A stretch of DNA of 64,000 nucleotides from Bilabrum cf. latius (lineage: Eukaryota), in NCBI GenBank assembly GCA_965178125.1, contig OZ237765.1, positions 124,001 through 188,000 of the forward strand, given 5' to 3'. Below are positions 36,675-48,101 of the stretch, one piece after another. The notes under the pieces are model-generated. The model did not search any database, was not told where the DNA came from, and saw only the letters and a program-made list of their open reading frames with translations. The translations under genes were made by a program, and so were the position numbers. Every line of letters begins with the position of its first letter. The stretch's first letter is position 1.

Positions 36675-37976
36675 TCACGCGCCCCCCCTCGCGTGCTTCT
36701 GTAGCGTGGCAAGGATCTCGTAATACGCGGGCTTCTTCTGGAACTTCTCGTCGAAGGGCAGCGCGCTCGCTGTCTCCCCCCTCCAGCTCACTAGCGACGT
36801 GAAGCCCCATGTCTCGTATGACCGGAAGACGTCCGTACCCGCCTGCAGCGCGGCCTCGAGCAGCTGCCCGTAGATCATGGCCTGCTTCTCGAACTCCTCC
36901 TTGGTCTGTTCCTGCACGGACACGTCCAGCTCGGTGATGTGCACCTTGAGTCCCAGGGCGCCGAGCCTCTTGATGTTCTCGCCGACAGAGGTGAAGTTGG
37001 GGTAGTGAGACGTCGTGAAGTGGCACTGCAGGCCCACCCCGTCCACCCTCACGCCCTTGTCCTTGAAACCCTGCACCATCTTGTACACCCTGTCCGACTT
37101 GGCGTTCACCTCCTCGGCCGAGTAGTCGTTGTAGAAGAGGGGGATCTGCTTGGTGGTGGAAGAAGCCGTCTGGAAGGCCAGCTACACGTAGTCATCCACT
37201 GCAGCAATAGCGAGAAAACGCAAAATGAAGGGAAAGAAGGAAAATGACATGCAAGTAAATCGTAGTTGGAGAGCTGCTCCAGAGGGCACGCATGGGTCGA
37301 GTGCGTGCAACTCACGTGCAGGGTACCACGGGTCAGCCTTCTTGAAGATGGACTGCCCGGGCTTGAAGGCCCCCCCATCCGCGATGGCCTCGTTCACCAC
37401 GTCGACTGCCACCACCTTGCCCCCGCCCGCGTGCCTGTCCTGGGCGTCGTACCTAGACACGACCTTGGTCACGTGATCCTCCAAGATCGCCTGCAGCTTG
37501 GAGGGAGAGAAGCCGCCCCCCGTCAGCCACTTGGGGTTGTACACCCCCCACACCATGTTGTGCAGGCGGAATACTCCGTCGGCGCTGTCCGCGCCCTTGG
37601 CAGTGCTGACGTTGAAAATCTGGTCGCAGCCGTCGTATGTGTACGAGCCCTCGTTCGGCTCTGTCGGGCCGAACTTGCACGAGTTCTCTGCCGTGGCTAG
37701 GTCGTACTCTGTGGTAAATACCTGGCGGTACTGCTCCTTTTGCGCCCCAGTGGTGATGTAATTGTGGTTAACCGCGGCACCGACGTAGATCCCGGCGGCC
37801 TTTGCCGCTTCTCGCAGCGTCTACGAAGCATCGACGCCGAACTTTTTGTAGTTCAGCTCGGACGCAGGCGGCAAGGGAGCTGGATTCGGGTAATGCTGCG
37901 CGATTTCTTCCTCGGATAGATGCCGCCCAAACGCAGCCGCAGTAAGGGCAGTTGCAGTGAGGATCTTTGATAGCAT
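36675..37976 (-). CDS. Secreted glycoside hydrolase family 10 (endo-1,4-beta-xylanase-like), exons 37976-37316 and 37198-36675, about 394 aa
   Basis: Signal peptide MLSKILTATALTAAAFG. GH10 motifs ENSCKF, RLHNMVW, VDVVNEAI (acid/base Glu), LFYNDY, VDGVGLQCH and ITELDV (nucleophile Glu). 117-nt GT-AG intron; TAG at 37821 and 37182; TGA stop. Confidence 0.9.
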
Positions 37977-38279
37977 TCTGCGGCGTTCATTTAGGGATGG
38001 CTTGCAACAGCGCGATGCGGTTGGGTCGAGAACAAAAAATAACCAGGGTGCAATCTAGACGAGATGAGCCACTGAGTGTGCCTCACTTGTCCACGAAGAA
38101 AGAGGTGATGACGCTTTCCGGATCGATCAGGCAAATCGAAGGTTCGTGATGACGCTTTCCGGAATGGCTGCCAAGTGCAACTACAGAGATTGCTGCGACC
38201 ACGGCGGTACAACAACTCTAAAAAATCACCGTGGGAATGGGGGCTACGCATGAGTAGTGGCTAGTCCGACGTGGCGGCG

Positions 38280-39908
38280 TCATGTGGACGCCCCCGCTCC
38301 TGTTCCTGGCGAAGCCGTGCGAAGCCCGCCAACAGCCTCCACGAGTGCATCGCACTGCCCCGCATCCGCCTTCAGCTTGGGATAGTCCCAGGCGCACATC
38401 TCGTGCCTCCTCGCGGCCAGCACCGCCAGGGCGGCGCCGCGCAACGGAACCGGCCTCAGCGCCAGCACGGCCCCGAGCACCCCCTCTGCCCTGTCCGCCT
38501 GCACCATCTGCTTGTGCTCTAGGTCCTAGGGAACAACGCGCCCCTGCCACTGGTCCCACAGTATTGGGGCGCCGCTGGAATCACCGCCGTTGGCAGCAGC
38601 AGCAGCATCGCCAGAAGAAGCCCCTGATGGTTCTGTGACGCTGCTGTCGCCATCATCGAGCGACGGCTTCAGCAGGCCGAATGCCTCCCTCGCTGCCTTG
38701 CACACCGCATCTGCCTGGTCTGCTCCTTCTGGGTTTGATGCCTCCTCCCCTCTGGCTTCGCGGAGAGCACTCGTCACACTATCCAGCGGCCCGAGCAGGA
38801 TTCCGCACACCCACAGCGCGCGCACAAGCTCCGATCTAGCCGCTATCAATGCCTCACGCGCGTCTCCCACCAGACCCCCGGCTGTCCCATCTCCCTTGCT
38901 GGCCCCGGCTTCCATCCGTCCAGTCGCACCGCTAGCCGCGCCACCCCCGGATGGAGCACCCCGACCACCACCCCCCAACGCCGCATCGCACTGCAGTGCA
39001 ATGCGGTCCAGCCACCACACGGCCCCTGCGGCGAGGTAGCACGCGTCTCCGACCGCCTGCGGGCTGCGAGCCCTCCCCGGTTGCAACCTCCCGAGGAAGG
39101 CCCCCATGTGCCGGCACACCGCCCCCAGGGCCAGCGACCCCCAGAGGGCTCGCAGGCCGGTCCCAGCGACGGGCCGGAGGTCCCACCAACCGGTGGACAG
39201 GTGGAAGAACGCACTCGTCACGCCGTAGCTCGCCTTCTTCCCCTGGAAGAACGGCCGCCGGAAGTCCCAGGCCTGTCTCCCCAGGCTGCCCAGGGAACAA
39301 GAGGGGCCCAGCCTGTCTGTCGAGAAGGAGGCGCTGAGGGCCGCGGCGGTGGATCGCAGGCCCGCGGAGGCCAGCAGCTGGGTTCGTAGGGAACCTTCTG
39401 CGGCGGCGCTCGCGGCGGCCGCGACTGCGGTGCATGCCACGGCCCTCGCCCGCGCGCCGGCACCGAGCACCGCGCTTGTGTGACGAGTGTCACCGGGGGC
39501 CGGTCCCAGGTCGATTGGCCCCTCTTGGGCCGGCGCGAGAGGAGGCGCTGCCCACGCGGCCGGCCCGCACGCTCGTTCTAGAGTGGTCCACAGAGCAACT
39601 GCTTGCTCGCTCGCTGCCGTCGCGTCAGCTGGCAGCATCGGGGCGATGACCGGGGCGGAGCTGGCTTGCTCCCCCTGGCGCTGCAACCAACGCATGGCTC
39701 TGCGGCAATCCGTGTCGACACAACGCGCCCCTTTCGAACTCTGTGCGGCCCACTGCAGGCAAGTCGCGGCCGGCTGCAGGGCCGAGCCTGATGCCATGGC
39801 AGCGCTCGCCGCTGCGATAATCTTCACCACGTGGGATGATGCGGCTACAGTAGTCCCATGTATTACTGGCGTGTGATCGTCGCCATCGTAAGCATCGATG
39901 GCAGCCAA
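38280..39908 (-). CDS. Ala-rich helical hypothetical protein (5' end unresolved)
   Basis: ORF 38526..39908 continues through TAG 38526 into in-frame ORF 38280..38507, ending at TGA. No in-frame ATG upstream before a TAA, so an upstream exon or an internal ATG start is likely. Confidence 0.55.
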
Positions 39909-40203
39909 TGAGGCGGCATCTGGTCTGCAGACCGGTGTAGTTGAAAACAGGTGAGCGGCCGAGCATCGGGCTGTGCGGATATTTACACATGCGTATGAGA
40001 CGATTCTTTAATATATCTTACTCTGTGAATGATTCTGTATCTAGAAGGTCCATTACAGCCTGCATATCTAGCGTTATAGCTGGGCTTACAACGGACGAAT
40101 CCTTTGTCAAAGAATCGAACGTTCGATCAACCCTGTAAACTACACGGTACTGTATACACAAACAAGATTGCCAAATAGCAAAAACGGAGCAACCGTGTTG
40201 AAT

Positions 40204-41805
40204 ATGGCAGGTGCTGTCGACATAATTGGCTCAGCAAGATTTGGAAAATATGACGAGCTGCTAGATGCGATCCGCTCCGACAAAGATGCTGTCAAAAAGG
40301 CCGTAAATTCCGTGAGGTGAATGTGTATTGTGTGCAAGAGTCTGAACAATTCTAGTGTCCACAGTGCAAAGGGCACACGGGCAGTGATAGCACTCAAAGA
40401 TACGAAGCTGCATGGCTGGTCGTGCATTCTCCGCTAGTCATGTGCAACGGATCAGGGCGCAATGCAACGCTATCGCTGAAATCAAGATGCTGCGAGAGCA
40501 CCGTGTCTTGCACTCGACTACCAACATGCATGCACTCCTCCCACGTGTGCCGCAGGACGGAGAATCTGCGTTGCATGCTGCCGCAGACGCGAATCAGGTT
40601 GGGGCTCTGTAGTCCCTGCTGGACATCGGACTCCCCACCGATGCGACGGACTTGGGGGGCAGGAATTGCGTTCACGCCGCAGCTGCGTCCGACTCATCCG
40701 CGAGCATACTGGTGGTTGCGCAGCGGGCGTCAGACTCGGCCCCTCTCCTAGCCGGAACGAACGTGAGCTCAGCTCCGACTGCTGCTGCCCTGGATCGCTG
40801 CAGCCCGCGAGCAAGCAGCTGCATACTTGACACAATCGCCATGCCATCCCGCATCCCTGCCGATCTCATCCCACTGCCATCCCATCGCAGTCGGGAAACA
40901 CCCCGTTGCATCGAGCGGCGGCCTACGGCAGCCTGCGAGCCCTGCGAGTCCTCGTGCAGGTCGCGCAGGTGCCGCCCAGCGCGGGACCCTCTAGCGCGGC
41001 GGCGAGTGGGGGTGACGACGACGATGCTGGGGATGGTCGACCCGTGAATGCGCGGAATGGGGGCGGCATGACACCTTTGGCGCGGGCCGCCCGGTGGGGG
41101 CACGCGGACTGCGCGAGGGCTTTGCTCCGGTCAGGGGCGGATCCGGGACTGCGAGACGGGGAGGGGAAATCCCCTGGGGACTGGGCGGGGGCAAAGGGTC
41201 ACCAGGGGGTGTTGGGGGTGCTGCGAGAATGGGAGGGGGCGGGGGAGGAGCAGCGGGAGGTATGGTGCGCGGAGGAATCGAGGGCGCAGGAGGGGGAGCT
41301 GCAAGCGGCACAGGGGGACGTGGAGGAGGACGGGGCGAGGGCGCGAGCCGCGGGTCTTGGTGCCATGGGCATCAGCACGAGCGAGGAAACTGAAGATGAA
41401 GAGGACGAGGACGGGGAAGGCAGGAAGGGCGGCTCCAAGCGGCTGAGGGGGAAGAGCTTCGCGCTGGCACCCGGCAGCTCCTTCGAGCAGGGAACAGCGG
41501 TGCGCGTGGAGGGCTGGATGGCAAAGAAGGGACATTGGTTTCGAAACTGGAAGAACCGGTGGTTCGTCCTGGAGGGCAGGAAGATGCGGTACTACGGAAA
41601 GCAGGGGGACAGCGCTCCCAAGGGGGAGATCCACCTGGTGGACGGGACGCAGGTGTCGCCCCAGATCGACCACCGGGAGCGGGATTTTTGTTTCCGGGTT
41701 GACACGCCCAGCAAGAAGTTCGTGCTGCAGGCCGCGGATGACGAGGAGAGGGATGAGTGGGTGACGGCCATCGAGACCAACCTCAAGTATGCCAAGGACG
41801 AGTGA
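40204..41805 (+). CDS. Ankyrin-repeat + PH-domain protein (exons 40204-40311, 40556-40762, 40891-41805; about 409 aa)
   Basis: Ankyrin motifs DGESALHAAA, GRNCVHAAA, GNTPLHRAAAYG and GMTPLARAARWG; PH domain VEGWMAKKGHWFRNWKNRWFVL...ERDEWVTAI. Two phase-0 GT-AG introns; TAG at 40610 inside an ankyrin helix. Confidence 0.85.
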
Positions 41806-42040
41806 ATGGTCGACGTGAAAGGACGAGTGAAAGGGCGGGTTGGATCCTGGCGGTTCGGGCCGTCTGTGTGCGGTCACAGGAAGGCATGGGAGGGGCGGAA
41901 CCGGTCGGGGAGAAAGATGTTGCCACTTCCGGTCTTGGCTGGTGCCGAGGTGCGAGAAATGTGCTCCATCTAGTGGGATATCGCGGGCCGCACTGGTCAG
42001 CAAGCATCCTTAGATTCTAGTTATATCAATAGATATTTCA

Positions 42041-45000
42041 ATGGCTACAGAATCGGAGGCACAAAGACTCGCACCAAGCGTTACGGATGCGCTGCCGGAG
42101 CACCTTCCGATTGGAGCCTCCCCGGCGGGAAGGCACTCCGTTGTTGTATCGCTCCCAACTATGGCAGACGTGCACGCATACGAGCAAGGAGATCCCACAG
42201 CTCGCGCTTGCATTCAGCTTGGATATCCCCGCTTCGTGCGCCACTCTTTGATCCGGATGGCCGAAGACTTGCTGTTTGATGGCAGCACCATCTGCAGGGC
42301 GCAGGCCAAGTCTGACGCAGATCCGATGTTTTCGTGCGTGAAGGACGAGTCTAAAGTATGCGATGCTACCGAATGCGCCCTCTCCATCCCTGCGGTGCTG
42401 GCCGAGCCGCTGGCACACCTGTCTCAATCGGCGGAGTGTCCGGGCTCTAGCGAGACTACCAGTAGTACCAGCGGAAGCTCCGTGCAGTGGGTGTGCAGGC
42501 TCCTTGGATCGGAAGAAAGCGCAGAGGGTCTCACTCGGTACGTCCGTCGCTCACTTCGCGCGGATGCAGATGCCACTGCCAGTGCTGGTAGCAAGTTTTC
42601 CTCCTCCGAACCGGGTGCGACGACCGTGACGAGGAGCATGCCTCAGGCTGGCAGCGGCAGCGGTGCCATGCTCGCTTACCAGGCAGTCGCCCAGGTGCAC
42701 GCCTGCCTCGACGCGTTCCCACAGATGCACGATCGGGTTAGTTTGAAGATGAAGACTGCCGGCACTACTAACGGTCGGAACGTTCTACCTGCAGGCGCCA
42801 CTGCTCCCGCTGCCAGCGACGGCGCGGGATCGGGATCGGCAGCCAGCAACACAGGTGGGGTGCGCGCCGACCTGTGGGTTGCGATCCTTGGATTTTCGAT
42901 TCCGGACGAAGTACGCACTGGGAATGTTCCCTCTGCCCCCGGGACCGCTGCCAGCCCAGCCCCCGCCCCTCCAGCTGCGGCACCCATGGTGGATGCGGCC
43001 GCTTCACACGCCAAGTCATTTCTGCAGCACACGGGGTCGGGGGCCAGCTCGAGGGAGGCGGAGGTTCTGCTGGAGGCGGCCTGGTGTGACGAACTTGCGC
43101 GGCGCCGCGGACGTTCCGCAGGGCACCTGGTGGTGGACTGGGTGCGGCGCAGCGACGGCGGGCCTTTGGTTTGGAGTCCGAGCGGTGATGGTGTGGGGGT
43201 AGATGGTGTGACGAGTGCATCGGGCGAGGTGGGTCCTGCGCCTTCATCTCATTGCGTGCCTCTTCCTTTGGCGCCCCCCGTGTTCGCACCAAAGAGCTTG
43301 GAAGGCATCGTTTGTATGTTGGACCAGGGCCCGAATGCCGAGGCAGCCGACAAACCCGTCCCGCCCGGCTGCGACGCTGCAATGCGTTGCACCTGGCCCG
43401 CTGCCAGCCTGGACCCCTGGATGGTTCGTCTGCTGAGGCCGCTTCTGGGTGGATCGGCGAGCAAAGGGAACACGAGGGGAGGGGACGAGAGGGGAGGGGA
43501 CGAGAGGGGAGGGAACACGAGGGGAGGGAACACGAGGGGAGGGGACGAGAGGGGAGGGAACACGAGGGGAGGGGACGAGAGGGGAGGGGCAGGTGATGAT
43601 GCAGGATCGGCGGTGACACGAGAGCCACATGTGGCGCTGTGCCGCAGTGGGATGAATGCATTTTATGCGCTATACCGGGCCATCTGCAGAGCCCAGCTGC
43701 AGCGGGATGAGGAGGACCACATTACGGATACAGGGATTGGCTGTGGTACCGGCAGCGGCAGAGGTAGGGACGTGTGGGTGCAGATCGGGTGGCTCTATGT
43801 TGACACGACCATGATTCTGTCGAGAGTGGGGGTGGAGGGGGCACTCGGGGGCGGGGAAGGGGTTGCTGGGGATCGTGGCGTGGGGGATGGAGGGAAAGGG
43901 CAGGGCAAGGGGCAGGGAGTGAGCGGTGTGGGGGATCGGGCGACCCCTGCAGCCCCTGGGGGCATGGTGGGGGGAGTGCCCCCCACCCCCACGGTGGGGC
44001 CTCGTGCGGCCCCTCCAGACGGGGGCATCACCGGCCTGCACCCCGCCGTCAGTGTGACGAGTGCCCCCGGCGGGGTTGTTCTCTCGATCACAGAGGCCTC
44101 GGACCAGGCGGCCATCCGCTCCGTGTTCGAGGCGTGCGGGCCCAGGATCGCGGGAGTCGTCACGGAGGTCCCCACGAACCCCTCGGTTAGATGCGGGGAC
44201 CTACTGCTCCTCAGGAAGCTGTGTGACGAGTGCGGGGCGGCGCTGGTGCTGGACCCGACGATGTGCTCGGCGTTCTGCGTCGGTGTCGCCGGGCTGGCAG
44301 ACGCGACCGTCCTGTCGCTGACCAAGTATTTCGGCTCCGGGGCATCGGTGATGGCGGGGGCGCTCGCCGTCAATCCGGAGCGGAAAATAGGCGCGATGCT
44401 GATGCCGAAGCAACCGGGAGCGATCGAAGGTAGCAGCGCCGGTGGCAGCAGCGCCGCGGGATCCACGCATGTTCCGCAACCAGAGCCGATCTCGGCTGCT
44501 GACCTGGCTGCGATCGTGCGCGGCGCCGCCTATGTTCCGCAAGTGCTCCCCGCGATGCTGCGCAACACGCGGTAGGTGGCCAAGGCCGCCGAAGAGTTCC
44601 TCCCAAATATTGCAGATGGGGCAGGTGCTGGGTCTGGTGCTGGTGCTGGTGCTGGTGCTGGTGCTGGTGCTGGTGCTGAGACCAGCACTAGACCTACCAC
44701 TCGGGGAACAACGAGCGAACGTTCGCTCCTTTCCGAGGTGGACTGGGCCATGTCACCAGCCTGCCTGCCTTCGCTCGGGCCGTGGCTGCGGGACCCTGGT
44801 GAGGCGGTGCGCGGCGCCTTTGGTTCCGTTGGGATCGACCTGAGCGGGCACCCCATGGTGGGGACAGGCGCGGCGCCCCTGCCCCCCGTTGGCTGCATCG
44901 TGAGCCTGGGGTTCCGCAGCGAGTCGGCCCTGCGCGGCGCCTACGACGGCCTCCGGTTCGTGAAGGGTCCCTCGTTCGGGACCTCGTTCTCGCTGGCATG

Positions 45001-45199
45001 CCCCTTTGTGTTCCTCGCGCACTACGACATGGCCAGCACGAAGGAGGGGCGCCGCGCACTGCGGAACCACGGGATAAATCCGTTCGTGCTTCGGCTGTCG
45101 GTCGGGGCGGAGGGAGGGGGTGCCCCGGGGAGGCACGTGAAAGAGCTGCTTGAGGCCGTGCGGCGAGAAGAGTTGGGGGGAGAGGACGAGGGTTGCTGA
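42041..45199 (+). CDS. Cystathionine gamma-synthase-like PLP enzyme (Cys/Met metabolism family), about 1052 aa with large low-complexity inserts
   Basis: [18 protein letters not shown]...[28 protein letters not shown] (PLP lysine), [22 protein letters not shown] and LRLSVG. TAG at 44573 joins ORFs 42041..44575 and 44576..45199. Confidence 0.85.
43465..43588 (+). repeat. 15-bp coding minisatellite ([10 protein letters not shown] pentapeptide repeat)
   Basis: About 8 units of gggaacacgagggga / ggggacgagagggga, in frame within the CGS-like gene. Confidence 0.85.
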
Positions 45200-45316
45200 C
45201 ATAGTATCGGTTTTTGCCGGGGGGCTGACGGGGCACCAAAGCAGCAGCCGGCTGGGCATGGGGTGCAGGGGATTGCAGCCAGCACTTGAAGTTCTCGTTT
45301 TGGATGCACTATTCCC

Positions 45317-46739
45317 ATGATGGGGCATGGAAAAGGTGAAACTGCCACGCATATATCAGCTAGGCTTAATAGGTACAGGATCGTGGAGGCGCTTGTGAAA
45401 GCAGACATTACAGGAACTCCGTAAGTGCAGCGTACACACTGAGACGTCTGCTCCGCCTTTGGTATCGAACAACGGTGTTTGCATGATACTGCATTATATC
45501 CATGTGCGCAGTAACTCACAGGACGCATGCGGGAGGACTCCGCTGCATGTTGCGTGCGAGCAGGGGTACGACACGATCGCCAAGCTGCTGCTTCAGAATG
45601 GGGCAGACCCCAACATGGTCGATATGAGGCACAGGCAGCCGCTGCACTATGCCGCAGATGGGGGCCATTTGGCATCTTGCAAGCTACTGCTAGATTTTGG
45701 GTCGCTGGTGGATGTTCGGGACGAGGAGGGGCATACCGCGGTCGATTTGGCGGGCGAATCGGGGCACGAGGGCTGCTGCTTTGTCATTTTGAACCGTGCC
45801 ATGCAGCTGGCCATGGGACCTAACGGCGAGTTTGATCTGATGGACGACATCGACGATTGCAGGGACTTGGAGCTTGAGCCGTCAGGGAAACATGCTTCCT
45901 TGAGCGAGCAGCCCCTCCCGGTCGAAACCGCGGCGCACGACGGGCCCGCGCTGAAGAAGAAGCAGGCCGCTGCAGGTGCCGGCTCTGCGCAATCCGCAGC
46001 ACTGGCAAGGCGAGCCTGGAAATCCTCGATGCGGGAGGGCGAGCGGTGGGCGAGCATGATGACGATCCAGCTGGCGAGGGAGGTGCGGGAGGGCAGAAAG
46101 ACTTTGAGCCAGGTCGTGGACAGCATCAGGGCGAAAGAGAAAGAGTCCAAAGGTGTCGGTGATTCTGAGAAACGTGCCTGCTCGGGTTCTGGCGCAGGTG
46201 CAGGCGGTGTGTTGCCCTCGTCCGGCCTTGCAACGGGCCATACCTCGGCTGTTGCTCGCTTGGGCAGGGATGGCAACGGGGGCGGCGAGGGAGGCGACTC
46301 GACTGGTGCTGTCGGTGGTGCCTCCAGCTCGACTAGAATAGCTGCAAGCGGTGGTGACCATGGCGGCGGTGCGGATGGGGACTCGGCCTGCGCAGGGCCG
46401 GTGGAGGGGCCGGGCGATGGCGGCGTGATCGGCGCGGGTGAGCTGGGTCTGGGTATGGACCTGGATCTGCTCGGCGGAAAAATGGGCTCTGGCATCGGTG
46501 ATCGGTGTGACGAGTGCGAGGGGCTGGGGCTGGTGACCTCGCTATTGCTTGGTGCGATTCGAAAGCAGGAGGGCGGTGCTGGGAAGAAGACAGAAGGTGA
46601 GCCATGCGAGTCGGCCGCTGGATCTGCATCGATAGAAGGCGCGTCTATGTCTCTGCCTGGGCCTGGCAGCAGGCAATCGGGTGAGGCAGTGTCCAAGGCG
46701 AGTGCTGGTGGTTCATGCAGCAGTGATGGAGGCAATTGA
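45317..46739 (+). CDS. Ankyrin-repeat protein (exons 45317-45420, 45512-46739; about 443 aa)
   Basis: GETATHISARLN, GRTPLHVACEQG, RQPLHYAADGG and GHTAVDLA. GTAAGT...GCAG intron in phase; TGA stop. Confidence 0.8.
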
Positions 46740-46918
46740 TATTGTTGAATGCACAGACGAAAATGGGACATCTGTATCTGGAACCACTCCGCTCTTTCAG
46801 TGTCTCGGCATTGAGCGCGGCTCCCCCATCCCCTGCTGTTCATGCAATACAGTGCACTGCACCCGCATACCCACCCGACCCTGCATACCCATTGCACCTC
46901 CCAATCAAAGTCACCTGC

Positions 46919-47964
46919 TCACTGCCTCCCCCCCTCCTGCCCCCCCTCAAACCTCCTGTCCTGCTCCTGCACCGCCGCCTCCATCGCGTCCTCCTCCTCC
47001 AGCCGCATCCGGCTCTCCACCAGCCGCCCATCGTCGTCCACAAGCGCGCGGACGTCCTCAGGCAGCGCCTCGAGGCCCCTCTGCAGCCGGGCCTTCTCCA
47101 CATCCTTCTCCGCCTTCTTTTGCAGCGCGAACTTGCCTCTCCGCATGGCGGTGTTGAGCTCGCTGCGGGTCGGGCGCAGTGCCCAAGGGTGGTCCGAGGG
47201 AACCTTCATCTTGCGGCCGAACCTCTTGATCGTGACCAGGTCGCCCACCAATCGGCTCCGGATCCCCGTGCGGCCCTGGGACTTCCACGCGTGCGGCTTC
47301 TCCTGCGGCTTGATCAGGCTGGCCGCCTCGGGCTCCTTGGCCGGCTGCAGCGCGCTGGGGTAATCGGCCGCGTCCTGCCGCACGCGGTCCAGGGTCCGGA
47401 AGGCCCTCTGGCGCTCGCCCAGGACCACCTTAATGCGAGACATGGTGCGCTTGACCAACGACCATCGGCGCATGTCCGGGCCCGCCAGCCGCTTTTGCTT
47501 GAAGTAGAGGCGCTCGGTGGCGAGCATGTCGCGCTCGCGAAGGCACACGAACCAGAGCTTGTGCAGGTCTTCCAAGGACTTTTGGCGCAGCTCGGAAGCA
47601 AGCCACGGTCTTCCTACGGACACATAATTCTGGTGTTGGCAATCACATAGTGATGGGGCAGACTTGCACTGGAACGACGCGAGGTCAAGCACGGGAGCTT
47701 CCTCAGGGACATAAAGGAAATCAACCGCAACCATTCGGTGATTTTCTGGTAGAAAAACGAGCATGACAACTTACCAGCAATCTATCTCTGCGTACCATCT
47801 TCCCGCATCTCGTATGATGGGCCAAAGAACTCATCAAAGCCCGCCATTGCCGGTGCTGATGTCGAGACCGCTCTGGCAGGCGTGCTTGCCGAGCAAGTGC
47901 GAGTTCCAGCCTTTACTATGGACACTATTACATTTCGAGCTACTGCTGGAAGCCTCAACGACAT
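46919..47964 (-). CDS. MRPL47: Mitochondrial ribosomal protein uL29m/L47 (exons 47964-47775, 47613-46919; about 294 aa)
   Basis: Presequence-like N-terminus [18 protein letters not shown] motif in exon 1; [31 protein letters not shown] in exon 2. TAG at 47782 lies just before the GTAAGT donor. Confidence 0.88.
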
Positions 47965-48101
47965 CGTACAAGCTGCGTTATGGGGCGAAAAGCGCAGCCT
48001 GCGGCGAACGCGCTCGTCATCCCAACTCGCCGCTTGCACTTTGCCAGTGTTCGAACTGTTGCGCAGCTTATACCCGGGTCTGGTGCATACTAGGGGTAAT
48101 C
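47965..48101. promoter_or_regulatory. Probable bidirectional promoter between divergent MRPL47 and TOP6A (137 bp)
   Basis: Head-to-head ATGs at 47964 and 48102; inferred from gene arrangement only. Confidence 0.45.

Noticed and set aside
47763-48101. N-terminal extension of TOP6A to ATG 47763 as in the ORF track
   Set aside because: It overlaps MRPL47 exon 1 and its intron on the opposite strand; ATG 48102 is more plausible.
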